Positions 17,125 to 25,547 of a stretch of 32,000 nt of DNA are shown one piece after another. The stretch is from Collibacillus ludicampi (GTDB taxonomy: Bacteria; Bacillota; Bacilli; Tumebacillales; BOQE01), in the NCBI RefSeq assembly GCF_023705585.1, contig NZ_BOQE01000001.1, positions 2,418,710 to 2,450,709 of the forward strand. Direction: 5' to 3'. Under the pieces are notes generated by a model. The model did not search any database and was not told the origin of the DNA. It saw nothing but the letters and a program-made list of their open reading frames with translations. Position 1 is the first letter of the stretch; each line of letters opens with the position of its first letter. Both the position numbers and the translations under genes were made by a program.

Positions 17125-18639
17125 CTAGATTTTTACAGGTTCTTTTTCACACATGGTTCCTTCTTTTGCATAGCGAATATGCCAGGAAAATGCTTCTTCC
17201 AATATATGAGGTGTTTGACCGCCGCGTTTACATGCGGCGATGAAATAATCGTTTAAAGCATCTCGGTAGATCGGATGTACACAGTTATTGATAATGGCCC
17301 GCGCCCGTTCCCGTGGTGCCAAGCCACGAAGATCCGCGAGACCTTGTTCCGTTACGACGATATCCACGTCATGTTCCGTATGGTCAACATGTGCGACCAT
17401 CGGTACGACGCTGGAGATCGCTCCGCCCTTCGCAGTTGATGGGGTTACAAAAATACCCAGCATTGCATTTCGGGCAAAGTCGCCAGATCCCCCGATACCG
17501 TTCATCATACGGGTCCCCAACACGTGTGTTGAATTGACATTCCCGTAGATATCAAATTCTAATGCTGTATTCATACAGATTAAGCCAAGACGACGAATCA
17601 ACTCAGGATGATTCGTAATCTCTTGCGGACGAAGAATCAGCTTGTCTTTGTAACGGTCAATATTTGGAATGACATCCGCTGCACGTTTCGGCGATAAGGT
17701 AATCGAACACGCAGATGCAAACGAAACCTTGCCCGCATCGATAAGATCGAAAACGGCATCTTGCAGCACTTCGGAATAAACCTGTAAATTCGTGAATTCA
17801 GATTCCAAAAATCCATGAAAGACCGCATTGGCTACAGAGCCGATCCCCGATTGAAGAGGGGTTAGATTTTTAGGGAGACGACCCACTTTTATTTCATGCC
17901 GGAAAAAGTCCAGAAGGTGACCTGCGATTTGTTTGGTTTCCATATCGGGTTCGGTGATCGGTGACGTATGGTCAAGTTTTTCGGAAATAACGACAGCTTT
18001 CACTTTTTCCGGATCGACCGGGATATACGGCGTACCGATACGTTGATCGACTCTCGTTAAAGGAATGGGTTGGCGATTGCCGCGTGCTCCCGGATCATAG
18101 ATATCGTGAATGCCGACCAATCCTAACGGTTGGGCGATATTGAGTTCAATGATGATCTCTTTCGCGAATTTGGCGAAAATGGCAGAGTTCCCTACGGAGG
18201 TGGTGGGTACAATCCCTCCTTCTTCCGTAATGGCAACCGCTTCTATAATCGCTACATCGATAGAGGGCAAGTAACCGCTTCTGACGAGTTCCGCTGTATG
18301 GGATAAATGCTGATCGATAAAAAGAATATCACCGCTGTTAATTTTGCTGCGCAATTGTTTATCCGCTTGAAACGGTAAACGTTTGTGAATGAGATTCGCT
18401 TCGGCGAGGACGCCATCCACTTCATCACCGATGGATGCTCCGGTAAAAAGATTGATCTTGAACGGACGTTCGGAAGATTTTACGCGTTCGGCTAATGCAA
18501 TCGGGACGACTTTTGCATCACCTGAACGCGTGAAGCCGCTCAGTCCGATAGTCATACCGTCTTTTATCAAAAGAGAAGCTTCTTCAGCCGATACAATTTT
18601 ATTTAAGAACGATTGATTGCGAATTCTTTGCTCGTACAT
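17125..18639 (-). CDS. Acetyl-CoA hydrolase/transferase family protein (succinyl-CoA:acetate CoA-transferase-like)
   Basis: About 504 aa. MYEQRIRNQSFLNKIVSAEEASLLIKDGMTIGLSGFTRSGDAKVVP… and the C-terminal half are typical of the Cat1/AarC/Ach1 family. I prefer ATG 18639, after GAGGTG. Confidence 0.85.
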   Translation of the reverse strand: MYEQRIRNQSFLNKIVSAEEASLLIKDGMTIGLSGFTRSGDAKVVPIALAERVKSSERPFKINLFTGASIGDEVDGVLAEANLIHKRLPFQADKQLRSKINSGDILFIDQHLSHTAELVRSGYLPSIDVAIIEAVAITEEGGIVPTTSVGNSAIFAKFAKEIIIELNIAQPLGLVGIHDIYDPGARGNRQPIPLTRVDQRIGTPYIPVDPEKVKAVVISEKLDHTSPITEPDMETKQIAGHLLDFFRHEIKVGRLPKNLTPLQSGIGSVANAVFHGFLESEFTNLQVYSEVLQDAVFDLIDAGKVSFASACSITLSPKRAADVIPNIDRYKDKLILRPQEITNHPELIRRLGLICMNTALEFDIYGNVNSTHVLGTRMMNGIGGSGDFARNAMLGIFVTPSTAKGGAISSVVPMVAHVDHTEHDVDIVVTEQGLADLRGLAPRERARAIINNCVHPIYRDALNDYFIAACKRGGQTPHILEEAFSWHIRYAKEGTMCEKEPVKI

Positions 18640-18764
18640 ATCGTTCACCTCGTGGGCAGATGATAGCGTTTGCAGAAAGAGTAACATAATTTTTAGACTT
18701 TTACCCATCGATGACGATAAACGACAATTTTTGCTGATAAAACAGAAAAAATGAGGTTGAGTGT

Positions 18765-19439
18765 TCAGAAACCAAGTGCGCGGCGAAAAGCACTCGCATA
18801 TTTCTGGCTAACAGGGATACGGGTCTGGTTTTTGTCTTTCATGAGAAGGAGGAAGGTGGAATGAAAATCCCGGTGTATTTCTTGGATATAAGACACATTT
18901 ACAAGGAATGCACGGTGGCAACGAACGAAAAGATGGGGTGGCAGACTCCATTCTAATTCTTGTAAGGTGCGTCGGATACGATATTTTTCGAGCTTCGTGT
19001 ACATATACGTCTGTCCTTCTTCACTCGTGAAAAAAGCCACTTGCTCGTAATGCACGGGCACAAATCGATCTTCCGTTTGCCCTATTAGAAACTCATTTCT
19101 CGGCAACGGTTGAAACAGATTTGCTTGTTCAGGGGGAAGGATCAATGTGACGGAACCGATCGGTTTCCCCTGATCGTCAAATATGGGCGTCCCCAGTCCG
19201 AAATAAGGAACGCCAAAAACGTTTGCAGGCACATAGTTCATGACTTTTTGTTTTTCGAGCAGTGCTTGTTGTGCGATGGATCCTTTTTTCAAGTGTTCAC
19301 CGGGGGATATTTTCAAGTCGATCGATTTGCTAGGTTTATAGATCAAATAATGTTGACGGTCGGAAATTGCAATCGACGTTTCGTATGGAAAGAATTCACG
19401 GAACGATTGAATCAACGAATCAATAAGTTTCGATTCCAC
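18765..19439 (-). CDS. LytTR-domain DNA-binding protein with a non-receiver N-terminal (sensor-like) domain
   Basis: The C-terminal roughly 100 aa (…RIRRTLQELEWSLPPHLFVRCHRAFLVNVSYIQEI…IPVSQKYASAFRRALGF) is a LytTR domain. The N-terminal roughly 115 aa lack the acidic-pocket pattern of a response-regulator receiver domain. Confidence 0.75.
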   Translation of the reverse strand: MESKLIDSLIQSFREFFPYETSIAISDRQHYLIYKPSKSIDLKISPGEHLKKGSIAQQALLEKQKVMNYVPANVFGVPYFGLGTPIFDDQGKPIGSVTLILPPEQANLFQPLPRNEFLIGQTEDRFVPVHYEQVAFFTSEEGQTYMYTKLEKYRIRRTLQELEWSLPPHLFVRCHRAFLVNVSYIQEIHRDFHSTFLLLMKDKNQTRIPVSQKYASAFRRALGF

Positions 19440-19510
19440 AAGTTTTCTCTCCTTAAACAGTCTTCAACTCCTATTGTAGCATGTTTTGCTGTTTTTCAAT
19501 CGACTTGGAA

Positions 19511-19547
19511 AAGAAAAACCCCATCCGGTCTGAAGAACCGGATGGGG
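19511..19547 (-). terminator. Intrinsic terminator of sodA
   Basis: Stem CCCCATCCGGT/ACCGGATGGGG (19519-19529 and 19537-19547), followed on the minus strand by TTTTTCTTTT. Confidence 0.85.
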
Positions 19548-19554
19548 ATATATA

Positions 19555-20169
19555 TTAACCGCGAGCAGCCGTATAACGCTTGTTGACTTCTTCCCAGTTT
19601 ACAACGTTCCAGAAGGCTGCGATATAGTCCGGACGCTTGTTTTGATACTTGAGATAATATGCATGCTCCCAAACATCGAGTCCCAGAATCGGTGTCTGAC
19701 CTTCCATCAGCGGGCTGTCTTGATTCGGTGTGCTGGTGATTTTCAGGTTGCCTGCGTTGTCAACAACCAACCATGCCCAACCGCTTCCGAAACGGCCTGC
19801 AGCCGCTTTGGAGAATTCTTCTTTAAACTTATCGAAGCTGCCGAAAGTGCTGTTGATCGCATCAGCAACCGCACCGGTCGGTTGTCCGCCGCCGTTCGGG
19901 CTCATGATTTGCCAGAAGAGCGTGTGGTTTGCGTGTCCGCCGCCATTGTTGCGTACCGCAGTACGGATCGACTCAGGAACGCTTTCGATCGATTTCAACA
20001 GATCTTCAACGCTTTTGTTTTGCAGATCTGCATGTCCTTCCAGAGCGGCATTCAGGTTATTCACATAAGTAGCATGGTGTCTGTCATGATGGATGATCAT
20101 CGTTTGTTCATCGATGTGGGGCTCGAGAGCATTGTAAGCGTATGGAAGTGGCGGTAATTGATGTGCCAT
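19555..20169 (-). CDS. sodA: Superoxide dismutase [Mn/Fe family, Mn-type by similarity]
   Basis: 204 aa. [40 protein letters not shown] and the signature [18 protein letters not shown] are present. GGAGGAG RBS. Confidence 0.95.
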   Translation of the reverse strand: MAHQLPPLPYAYNALEPHIDEQTMIIHHDRHHATYVNNLNAALEGHADLQNKSVEDLLKSIESVPESIRTAVRNNGGGHANHTLFWQIMSPNGGGQPTGAVADAINSTFGSFDKFKEEFSKAAAGRFGSGWAWLVVDNAGNLKITSTPNQDSPLMEGQTPILGLDVWEHAYYLKYQNKRPDYIAAFWNVVNWEEVNKRYTAARG

Positions 20170-20484
20170 GTAAAAACTCCTCCTATGTAGATAGTTTGAG
20201 ATCGTACTCCATTATTCTATCTCATCCAGGATAAAAAATACCAATTTAGTTTTTATACGTAACCATGCGAAAACTTGTTAAAATAGCTCCGATTTGGCAA
20301 CATATTCGGATATTCATTCACGAGACGAAAATGCGCGCAAAAATGAAAAACAGGAGTGAATTATCTGTTATCTAATTCAAATATTATATGATAATAATTT
20401 TAATCTGATGGGTATAAAACAAATTCCGGGTGAGCTTCATGCTATATGTTCGTGGAGACGTATGAAAAATTTTTGAAATACATT

Positions 20485-20511
20485 CATGTCCTCGAAGGGA
20501 CATGCTTTTTT
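20485..20511 (+). terminator. Orphan plus-strand intrinsic terminator (CATGTCC-tcgaag-GGACATG + TTTTTT)
   Basis: 7-bp stem, 6-nt loop and a T6 run. No annotated plus-strand gene lies upstream of it; it sits in the sodA-divergent intergenic region. Confidence 0.5.
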
Positions 20512-20584
20512 GTATTATAATAAAAACAAAAGAGATTTCAGAAGCATGCATTTCCTTGTGATGAAAACGAGGAGGTACTTGAAC

Positions 20585-21019
20585 ATGAAGAAGTTGATTG
20601 GATGGCTTTTAGCCCTGGTTATAGCTTTTGGAACGATTGGAGCAAGTTCCGCATATGCGGCGAGCACTAAAGGTTCTTTTAGTGGCAGCATCAAATCGCC
20701 CTCCGTATCTCAGTTCAGTTCGGGTTCAAAGACATACAGTTCCGGAAAGAGATCGCCTTCCGGCAATGTGACGCAATCGCCTAACACCCAAAACCCATAT
20801 TCATACTCACAGCCGCAGCCCCGCTCTTCTTTCTTCGGAAGCGGCATCGGTCATTTCCTGGGCGGTATGGCTGCAGGTGCGTTGGTCAGTTCCTTATTCT
20901 CCCATATGCTGCATCCTTTCGGCGGTTTCGGTCATGGCTTCTCTCTTTGGGGACTCTTGTTCGACGCATTGATCGCTTTTGTGCTCTATAAACTGATTCG
21001 CCGTTTCGTTTGGAGGTAA
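20585..21019 (+). CDS. Secreted/membrane-anchored Ser-rich protein of unknown function
   Basis: ATG 20585 is 9 nt after GGAGG (20571-20575). The signal peptide is MKKLIGWLLALVIAFGTIGASSAYA. A low-complexity Ser/Pro/Gln region follows, then a Gly-rich hydrophobic C-terminus (GIGHFLGGMAAGALVSSLF…LIAFVLYKLI). Confidence 0.6.
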   Translation: MKKLIGWLLALVIAFGTIGASSAYAASTKGSFSGSIKSPSVSQFSSGSKTYSSGKRSPSGNVTQSPNTQNPYSYSQPQPRSSFFGSGIGHFLGGMAAGALVSSLFSHMLHPFGGFGHGFSLWGLLFDALIAFVLYKLIRRFVWR

Positions 21020-21022
21020 TGT

Positions 21023-21328
21023 ATGAAAATCTTTTTCGAAGAACAGGATCTAGTCGATTCCGTGTGTGTGTTCACGGCAATACGCCACGGATTGAGACCG
21101 GAGAATCTGCAAGTCGAGCTCTTTTTCGAAGAACAAAAAGGTTTTTCCGCCGTCGCCACAAGCGGGAATGGAATGCTGCAATATCGTTTGAACGAACAGG
21201 ATCTCATCGACTCCGTTGCGGTTTATCTCAGAGATTATCATCGATTTGATCCACACCGACTGACCGTAGAGTTGTTCTTTGAACCGGACAAGGGATTTTG
21301 GGCGATCGTTGAACAGGCTTACAGATAG
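21023..21328 (+). CDS. Small cytoplasmic protein with internal tandem duplication (resembles the DUF2653/YxcD family)
   Basis: 101 aa. Its RBS GGAGG (21012-21016) lies inside the end of the upstream gene, with a 3-nt gap between genes. Two copies of the module EQDL(V/I)DSV.V…L.VELFFE..KGF.A(V/I) are present. Confidence 0.6.
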   Translation: MKIFFEEQDLVDSVCVFTAIRHGLRPENLQVELFFEEQKGFSAVATSGNGMLQYRLNEQDLIDSVAVYLRDYHRFDPHRLTVELFFEPDKGFWAIVEQAYR

Positions 21329-21352
21329 TTGGCGGGGTGCTTCGAAGCGCTT

Positions 21353-21388
21353 AAAAGGTTCTTCCTTCACAAAGGCGGAACCTTTTTT
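21353..21388 (+). terminator. Intrinsic terminator (AAAAGGTTC … GAACCTTTT + T-run)
   Basis: Stem at 21353-21361 and 21378-21386, followed by TTTTTAT, directly after the 21023-21328 gene. Confidence 0.65.
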
Positions 21389-21816
21389 ATTGAGGCACCC
21401 CCATAATTGCTTGTGAAATAATCGGATGATGTGGTAGGTGTCTTTGGGCATGAACAAAAGCCGCCTTGTACGGGCGGCATTTTTAGAATGGGAGGGGTAT
21501 ACTCGTTGGGCTGTGGTATTCCTTCTCCTTATTGAACTAGCTCTTTTCATTTGCTAGATTTACTAAGATTATATGTAGCTCGATCAAAAAGAGTGCGGCC
21601 AAGCTCTCCGCGATCGCATATTCTTTTAACAAACGATTGAAAAAGAGGTGATCGCCGACTCTGCGGGTATGAAAACGAAAAGCATTCGTTCTTGTAATCG
21701 AATGGAAGGAATAAAAAATGAAGCAGTCGACTATAGAATCGTTCATCCGCTATAATAAACAATAAGGGTAACGTTTCAGTACGTGAAATCAGGTTTCATA
21801 AAAGGAGCTATTGAAC

Positions 21817-23346
21817 ATGAACGCATTTAAAGAAAGTATGTTAAAACTAATCATTGAAACATCAACGAATCTTCCTTCCGATGTGCGTCGTGCCATCGCG
21901 CAGGCACAATTGAAAGAAGAAATCGGAACTCGTGCGTCACTGGCATTCTCGACGATCGCGACGAATATTAAAATGGCGGAAGAAGGAGAGGCTCCGATCT
22001 GTCAGGATACAGGAATGCCGACTTTCTTCATTCATTGCCCTGTAGGCGCCAACCAGATCGAAATGAAAAAAGCGATTCGAGAAGCTGTCGCAGAAGCAAC
22101 GAAACTGGGCAAACTGCGCCCCAATTCAGTTGATTCGTTAACGGGGAAAAACTCTGGTGATAACCTGGGAGAAGGTACGCCTGTCATTCATTTTGAACAA
22201 TGGGAAAAGGATTACGTGGATGTACGTTTGATCCTTAAGGGTGGCGGTTGTGAAAACAAAAACATCCAGTATTCATTACCCTGTGAACTTGAAGGTTTAG
22301 GAAAAGCGGGACGCGACCTGGATGGAATCCGCAAATGCATTATGCATGCGGTTTATCAGGCTCAAGGACAAGGCTGCTCCGCCGGCTTTATCGGTGTAGG
22401 TATCGGAGGGGATCGCACCACCGGGTATGAGCTAGCGAAAGAGCAACTCTTGCGCCCTGTCGATGATGTCAATCCGAACGAAGACCTGCGCAAGCTGGAA
22501 GAATACATTATGGAGAATGCCAACCGCCTGGCAATCGGTACGATGGGTTTTGGCGGTAACGTAACTTTACTTGGATGCAAGATCGGAGCCATGAACCGAT
22601 TGCCCGCTTCGTTCTTTGTCTCCGTCGCTTACAACTGCTGGGCTTTCAGACGCCTCGGCGTAATTATCGATCCTGAAACCGGAAAGATCAAAGAATGGCT
22701 TTATAAAGATGAAGTTTCCCCTGAGGAGAATCCTGTAGAAGCGACATCTAACGAGACGGCAAAGCCAGTTGTTTTACAGGCGCCGATCACCGAAGAGCAA
22801 ATCCGTTCTTTGAAAGTGGGAGATGTTGTCATCATCAACGGCTCTATGCACACGGGACGTGACGCTTTGCATAAGTATCTGATGGATCATGACTCACCCG
22901 TTGATCTGAATGGACAAATCATTTACCACTGCGGTCCTGTGATGTTGAAAGACGAGAACGGCAAATGGCATGTAAAAGCGGCAGGTCCGACGACTTCCAT
23001 CCGTGAAGAACCTTATCAAGCGGACATCATTAAGAAATTCGGTATTCGCGCCGTCATCGGAAAAGGCGGAATGGGCAAGAAGACGCTGGAAGGACTGAAG
23101 GAATTCGGTGCCGTGTATTTAAATGCCATCGGCGGTGCGGCACAATATTACGCCAAATGTGTAAAAGATGTCGAAGGCGTTCACTTCCTGGAAGAATTTG
23201 GTATCCCGGAAGCGATGTGGCATTTACAGGTCGAAGGATTTGCAGCGATTGTCACGATGGATTCCCATGGCAACTCGTTGCATGCTGACGTAGAAGAAAT
23301 TTCTAAGAAACGTTTGACTGAGTTTGCTGAACCTGTATTTGTATGA
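21817..23346 (+). CDS. Class I (Fe-S dependent) fumarate hydratase / hydro-lyase, fused alpha-beta type
   Basis: About 509 aa. The N-terminal half has CQDTGMP and GGGCEN motifs, as in the class I fumarase/tartrate dehydratase alpha domain. The C-terminal half (…GSMHTGRDALHKYL…GPTTSIREEPY…GKGGMG) is beta-domain-like. ATG 21817, 9 nt after GGAG, is preferred over TTG 21811. Confidence 0.85.
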   Translation: MNAFKESMLKLIIETSTNLPSDVRRAIAQAQLKEEIGTRASLAFSTIATNIKMAEEGEAPICQDTGMPTFFIHCPVGANQIEMKKAIREAVAEATKLGKLRPNSVDSLTGKNSGDNLGEGTPVIHFEQWEKDYVDVRLILKGGGCENKNIQYSLPCELEGLGKAGRDLDGIRKCIMHAVYQAQGQGCSAGFIGVGIGGDRTTGYELAKEQLLRPVDDVNPNEDLRKLEEYIMENANRLAIGTMGFGGNVTLLGCKIGAMNRLPASFFVSVAYNCWAFRRLGVIIDPETGKIKEWLYKDEVSPEENPVEATSNETAKPVVLQAPITEEQIRSLKVGDVVIINGSMHTGRDALHKYLMDHDSPVDLNGQIIYHCGPVMLKDENGKWHVKAAGPTTSIREEPYQADIIKKFGIRAVIGKGGMGKKTLEGLKEFGAVYLNAIGGAAQYYAKCVKDVEGVHFLEEFGIPEAMWHLQVEGFAAIVTMDSHGNSLHADVEEISKKRLTEFAEPVFV

Positions 23347-23366
23347 GAGTGTAAACGATAGATGGA

Positions 23367-23396
23367 AGGCTCGTATTTCCCATACGGGCCTTTTTT
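23367..23396 (+). terminator. Intrinsic terminator of the fumarate hydratase gene
   Basis: 10-bp stem AGGCTCGTAT/ATACGGGCCT (one G-U pair) followed by TTTTTT. Confidence 0.8.
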
Positions 23397-23407
23397 GGAG
23401 TGATTTT

Positions 23408-24691
23408 ATGAGAAAAGTAGGTACGTTGACCAGTGGTTTAACGTTATTGACCCTTGGGATCGTCATCTTGATCGATGTGATTGGAAAAAAACAATGGTTC
23501 TATAAAATCATTCCATTTTGGCCGGTCATTCTTGTAGGGTTAGGTTTGGAAATCCTCTGGTACCTTCTCACGATGAAACGTCATGGCGTTACGGAAGCGA
23601 TTCGCATCGATGCCCGCAGCCTTGCTTTGTTAAGTTTGGTTGGAGTGTTCGCGATCGCTTTCTATACGACGTCGATCCAGGCGGGACAAGTTCAGCTCTC
23701 CGTCGCTGCCATGAAGAATGTGATTCAAGAATCTTTCGGGGAAAAAGTCATTTCTTTGCCAGACCTTCAATACCCCGTTGAGAATACCAAACGGATCGAG
23801 TTGAACAACCGGGTAGGGAAAGTGAACGTAGTAAGCACAGATAGCAAACAGGTTAAAATACGTATCAACGTTCATGTCAAAGGACTCGAAAGTGATGTTG
23901 CACAACAGGAAGCAAAAAAATGGATGCCTCAGATCACACAGGGGACATCCTTGCGAATCGAAGAAGATCCATCCATTTTTAATAACCAATCGAAAATTTC
24001 CGGGATCGATTTTCAATTGGAAGTTCCTAAAAATTTGACATTACAGATCGTTTCCTATTCGGGGGATCTGTCTGTAACAGACTATACGGGCGATATCATC
24101 GTGATGAATCAAATGGGGAAAATTTCTCTCGAACGCGTCCGAGGGAATATACAGATTTCCGGTGAAGATTCGCAAGTGGCTGTTCGCGGAGTTACCGGCA
24201 ATGCGGTTGTCAATGTTCGATCAAGTTCGATCGATGCGAATGATATCACAGGTGCTTTCAACGGGACATCCCAATTCGGGGATATCCAAGTTTCAAAGAT
24301 TGGCGGGAACGTTTCCGCCGAAAGCCAAAACGGTCGGGTGATCCTGAATGATATCAGTGGCGACGCATCGGTAAAAACGCAGATCGGGGATATCCAGGCA
24401 AATGGGATGAAGGGTGCGTTACAATTATTTGCGGAAAACGGGAATATTAACATTGAGAGTGAAGTTCGAAACAATTGGAATGTAACGGCTACGCGCGGAA
24501 TGATCTCTTTAAAGATCCCTAAAGACTCGAATATCCAATTTTCCGGTGAAACCAAGCGAGGGATCGTCAAAGGCCCTACAAAAACGAACGCTGATGCAAA
24601 CGGCGCCAGTGTTAGCGAGAAAATGGGCGCGGGAACCTATTCCGTGAAAGCACATTCGGACGACGGGGCTATCACGGTTACTACTTCATAA
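23408..24691 (+). CDS. Membrane-anchored DUF4097-type beta-strand-repeat protein (LiaG/YvlB-like 'putative adhesin' fold)
   Basis: ATG 23408 follows GGAG, just after the terminator. The N-terminus has about 4 TM helices. The C-terminal half consists of reiterated G(D/N)I.(V/I) strand repeats (GDLSVTDYTGDIIVMNQMGKISLERVRGNIQISGEDSQVAVRGVTGNAVVNV…). Confidence 0.75.
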   Translation: MRKVGTLTSGLTLLTLGIVILIDVIGKKQWFYKIIPFWPVILVGLGLEILWYLLTMKRHGVTEAIRIDARSLALLSLVGVFAIAFYTTSIQAGQVQLSVAAMKNVIQESFGEKVISLPDLQYPVENTKRIELNNRVGKVNVVSTDSKQVKIRINVHVKGLESDVAQQEAKKWMPQITQGTSLRIEEDPSIFNNQSKISGIDFQLEVPKNLTLQIVSYSGDLSVTDYTGDIIVMNQMGKISLERVRGNIQISGEDSQVAVRGVTGNAVVNVRSSSIDANDITGAFNGTSQFGDIQVSKIGGNVSAESQNGRVILNDISGDASVKTQIGDIQANGMKGALQLFAENGNINIESEVRNNWNVTATRGMISLKIPKDSNIQFSGETKRGIVKGPTKTNADANGASVSEKMGAGTYSVKAHSDDGAITVTTS

Positions 24692-24694
24692 AAG

Positions 24695-24730
24695 TGTTGT
24701 TGCACACCCCCTTAGGGGTGTGCAACAACA
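24695..24730. terminator. Perfect 16-bp hairpin (TGTTGTTGCACACCCC-ctta-GGGGTGTGCAACAACA), bidirectional terminator between convergent genes
   Basis: Perfect 16-bp stem with a 4-nt loop. T-rich sequence follows on both strands. Confidence 0.75.
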
Positions 24731-24731
24731 T

Positions 24732-24926
24732 TTACTCTTTCACTGCATCGATGACCGTCTGAGCGAGCTTGGCCATGTCGGTATTTCCACCAGAATTGCG
24801 GCGGCGCATCATTTCCCAGGCAGTGATGCCGATACCCGCTCCAAGGAGCATTGCTGTCATGGTGCCCATTCCGCGGTTTCGCCTGCGTGGAACCATGTCC
24901 ATCACTTCATCGACAAATCCCCACAT
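24732..24926 (-). CDS. Small (64 aa) single-TM protein, unknown function
   Basis: ATG 24926 follows GAGGGGGTG. The sequence is MWGFVDEVMDMVPRRRNRGMGTMTAMLLGAGIGITAWEMMRRRNSG…, a Gly-zipper TM segment flanked by Arg clusters. Confidence 0.55.
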   Translation of the reverse strand: MWGFVDEVMDMVPRRRNRGMGTMTAMLLGAGIGITAWEMMRRRNSGGNTDMAKLAQTVIDAVKE

Positions 24927-25044
24927 GAACAACACCCCCTCGATGAATAGTGTGCACAAAAGTTTTTCAACGATGCGATGATAGCCATGTGGTAATATGC
25001 TACAATTAATGTAACCAATGATAAAGATAGTGTGGGGATCTATA

Positions 25045-25494
25045 ATGTACTACTCAGAGAATGAGCTACACCTAAAAATTGTCCGATCGATCTTTCGAAT
25101 TCATAATATGCTGATTCGTCACGGAAGCAGTGACCGGTTAGCCGGCGCTTTCGGGCTGTCCCAACAGCAGTGGTCTCTGTTATCCGTACTTGCCGACGCG
25201 CCCGATGGGATGAAAATGACCGATTTAGGCAAGCTGCTGATGGTGACAAAAGCGAATATGACAGGTATGATCGATCGCTTGGAAAGAGACGGCTATGTGA
25301 AACGGGTTCCCGATCCCAATGACCGTCGTGTGACCTATGTCGTCTTATTGGAAAAAGGACGGGCGTTTCTTGCCGATATTAAAAAACCGAAAGAAGATTT
25401 CATGCATGAGGTTTTTTCATCTTTTTCCACAGATGAGAAGATACAATTTCATCATATGTTAGAACGCATGTTCCGAACACTGGACGAACTGTAG
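25045..25494 (+). CDS. MarR-family transcriptional regulator
   Basis: Winged HTH …MKMTDLGKLLMVTKANMTGMIDRLERDGYVKRVPDPNDRRVTYVVLLEKG. ORF 25018-25494; ATG 25045 follows GTGGGGA. Confidence 0.85.
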   Translation: MYYSENELHLKIVRSIFRIHNMLIRHGSSDRLAGAFGLSQQQWSLLSVLADAPDGMKMTDLGKLLMVTKANMTGMIDRLERDGYVKRVPDPNDRRVTYVVLLEKGRAFLADIKKPKEDFMHEVFSSFSTDEKIQFHHMLERMFRTLDEL

Positions 25495-25547
25495 GATAAG
25501 TAGACGGCGATGGAGAGTATAAGATCTTATCAAAAGGAGATGTTACA

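Noticed and set aside
19642-20157. 171-aa plus-strand ORF overlapping sodA
   Set aside because: It lies antisense to an unambiguous Mn-SOD gene and has no motifs or RBS.
21050-21550. 166-aa minus-strand ORF spanning the DUF2653-like gene and two terminators
   Set aside because: It crosses two intrinsic terminator hairpins and lies antisense to a gene with a strong RBS and internal repeat structure. It is not credible.
21784-21798. TGAAATCAGGTTTCA as a CcpA cre site upstream of the fumarate hydratase gene
   Set aside because: It has the TGAAA…TTTCA ends of the cre consensus (TGWAANCGNTNWCA), but it is one nucleotide too long and lacks the central CG. I kept it only as part of the leader-structure observation.
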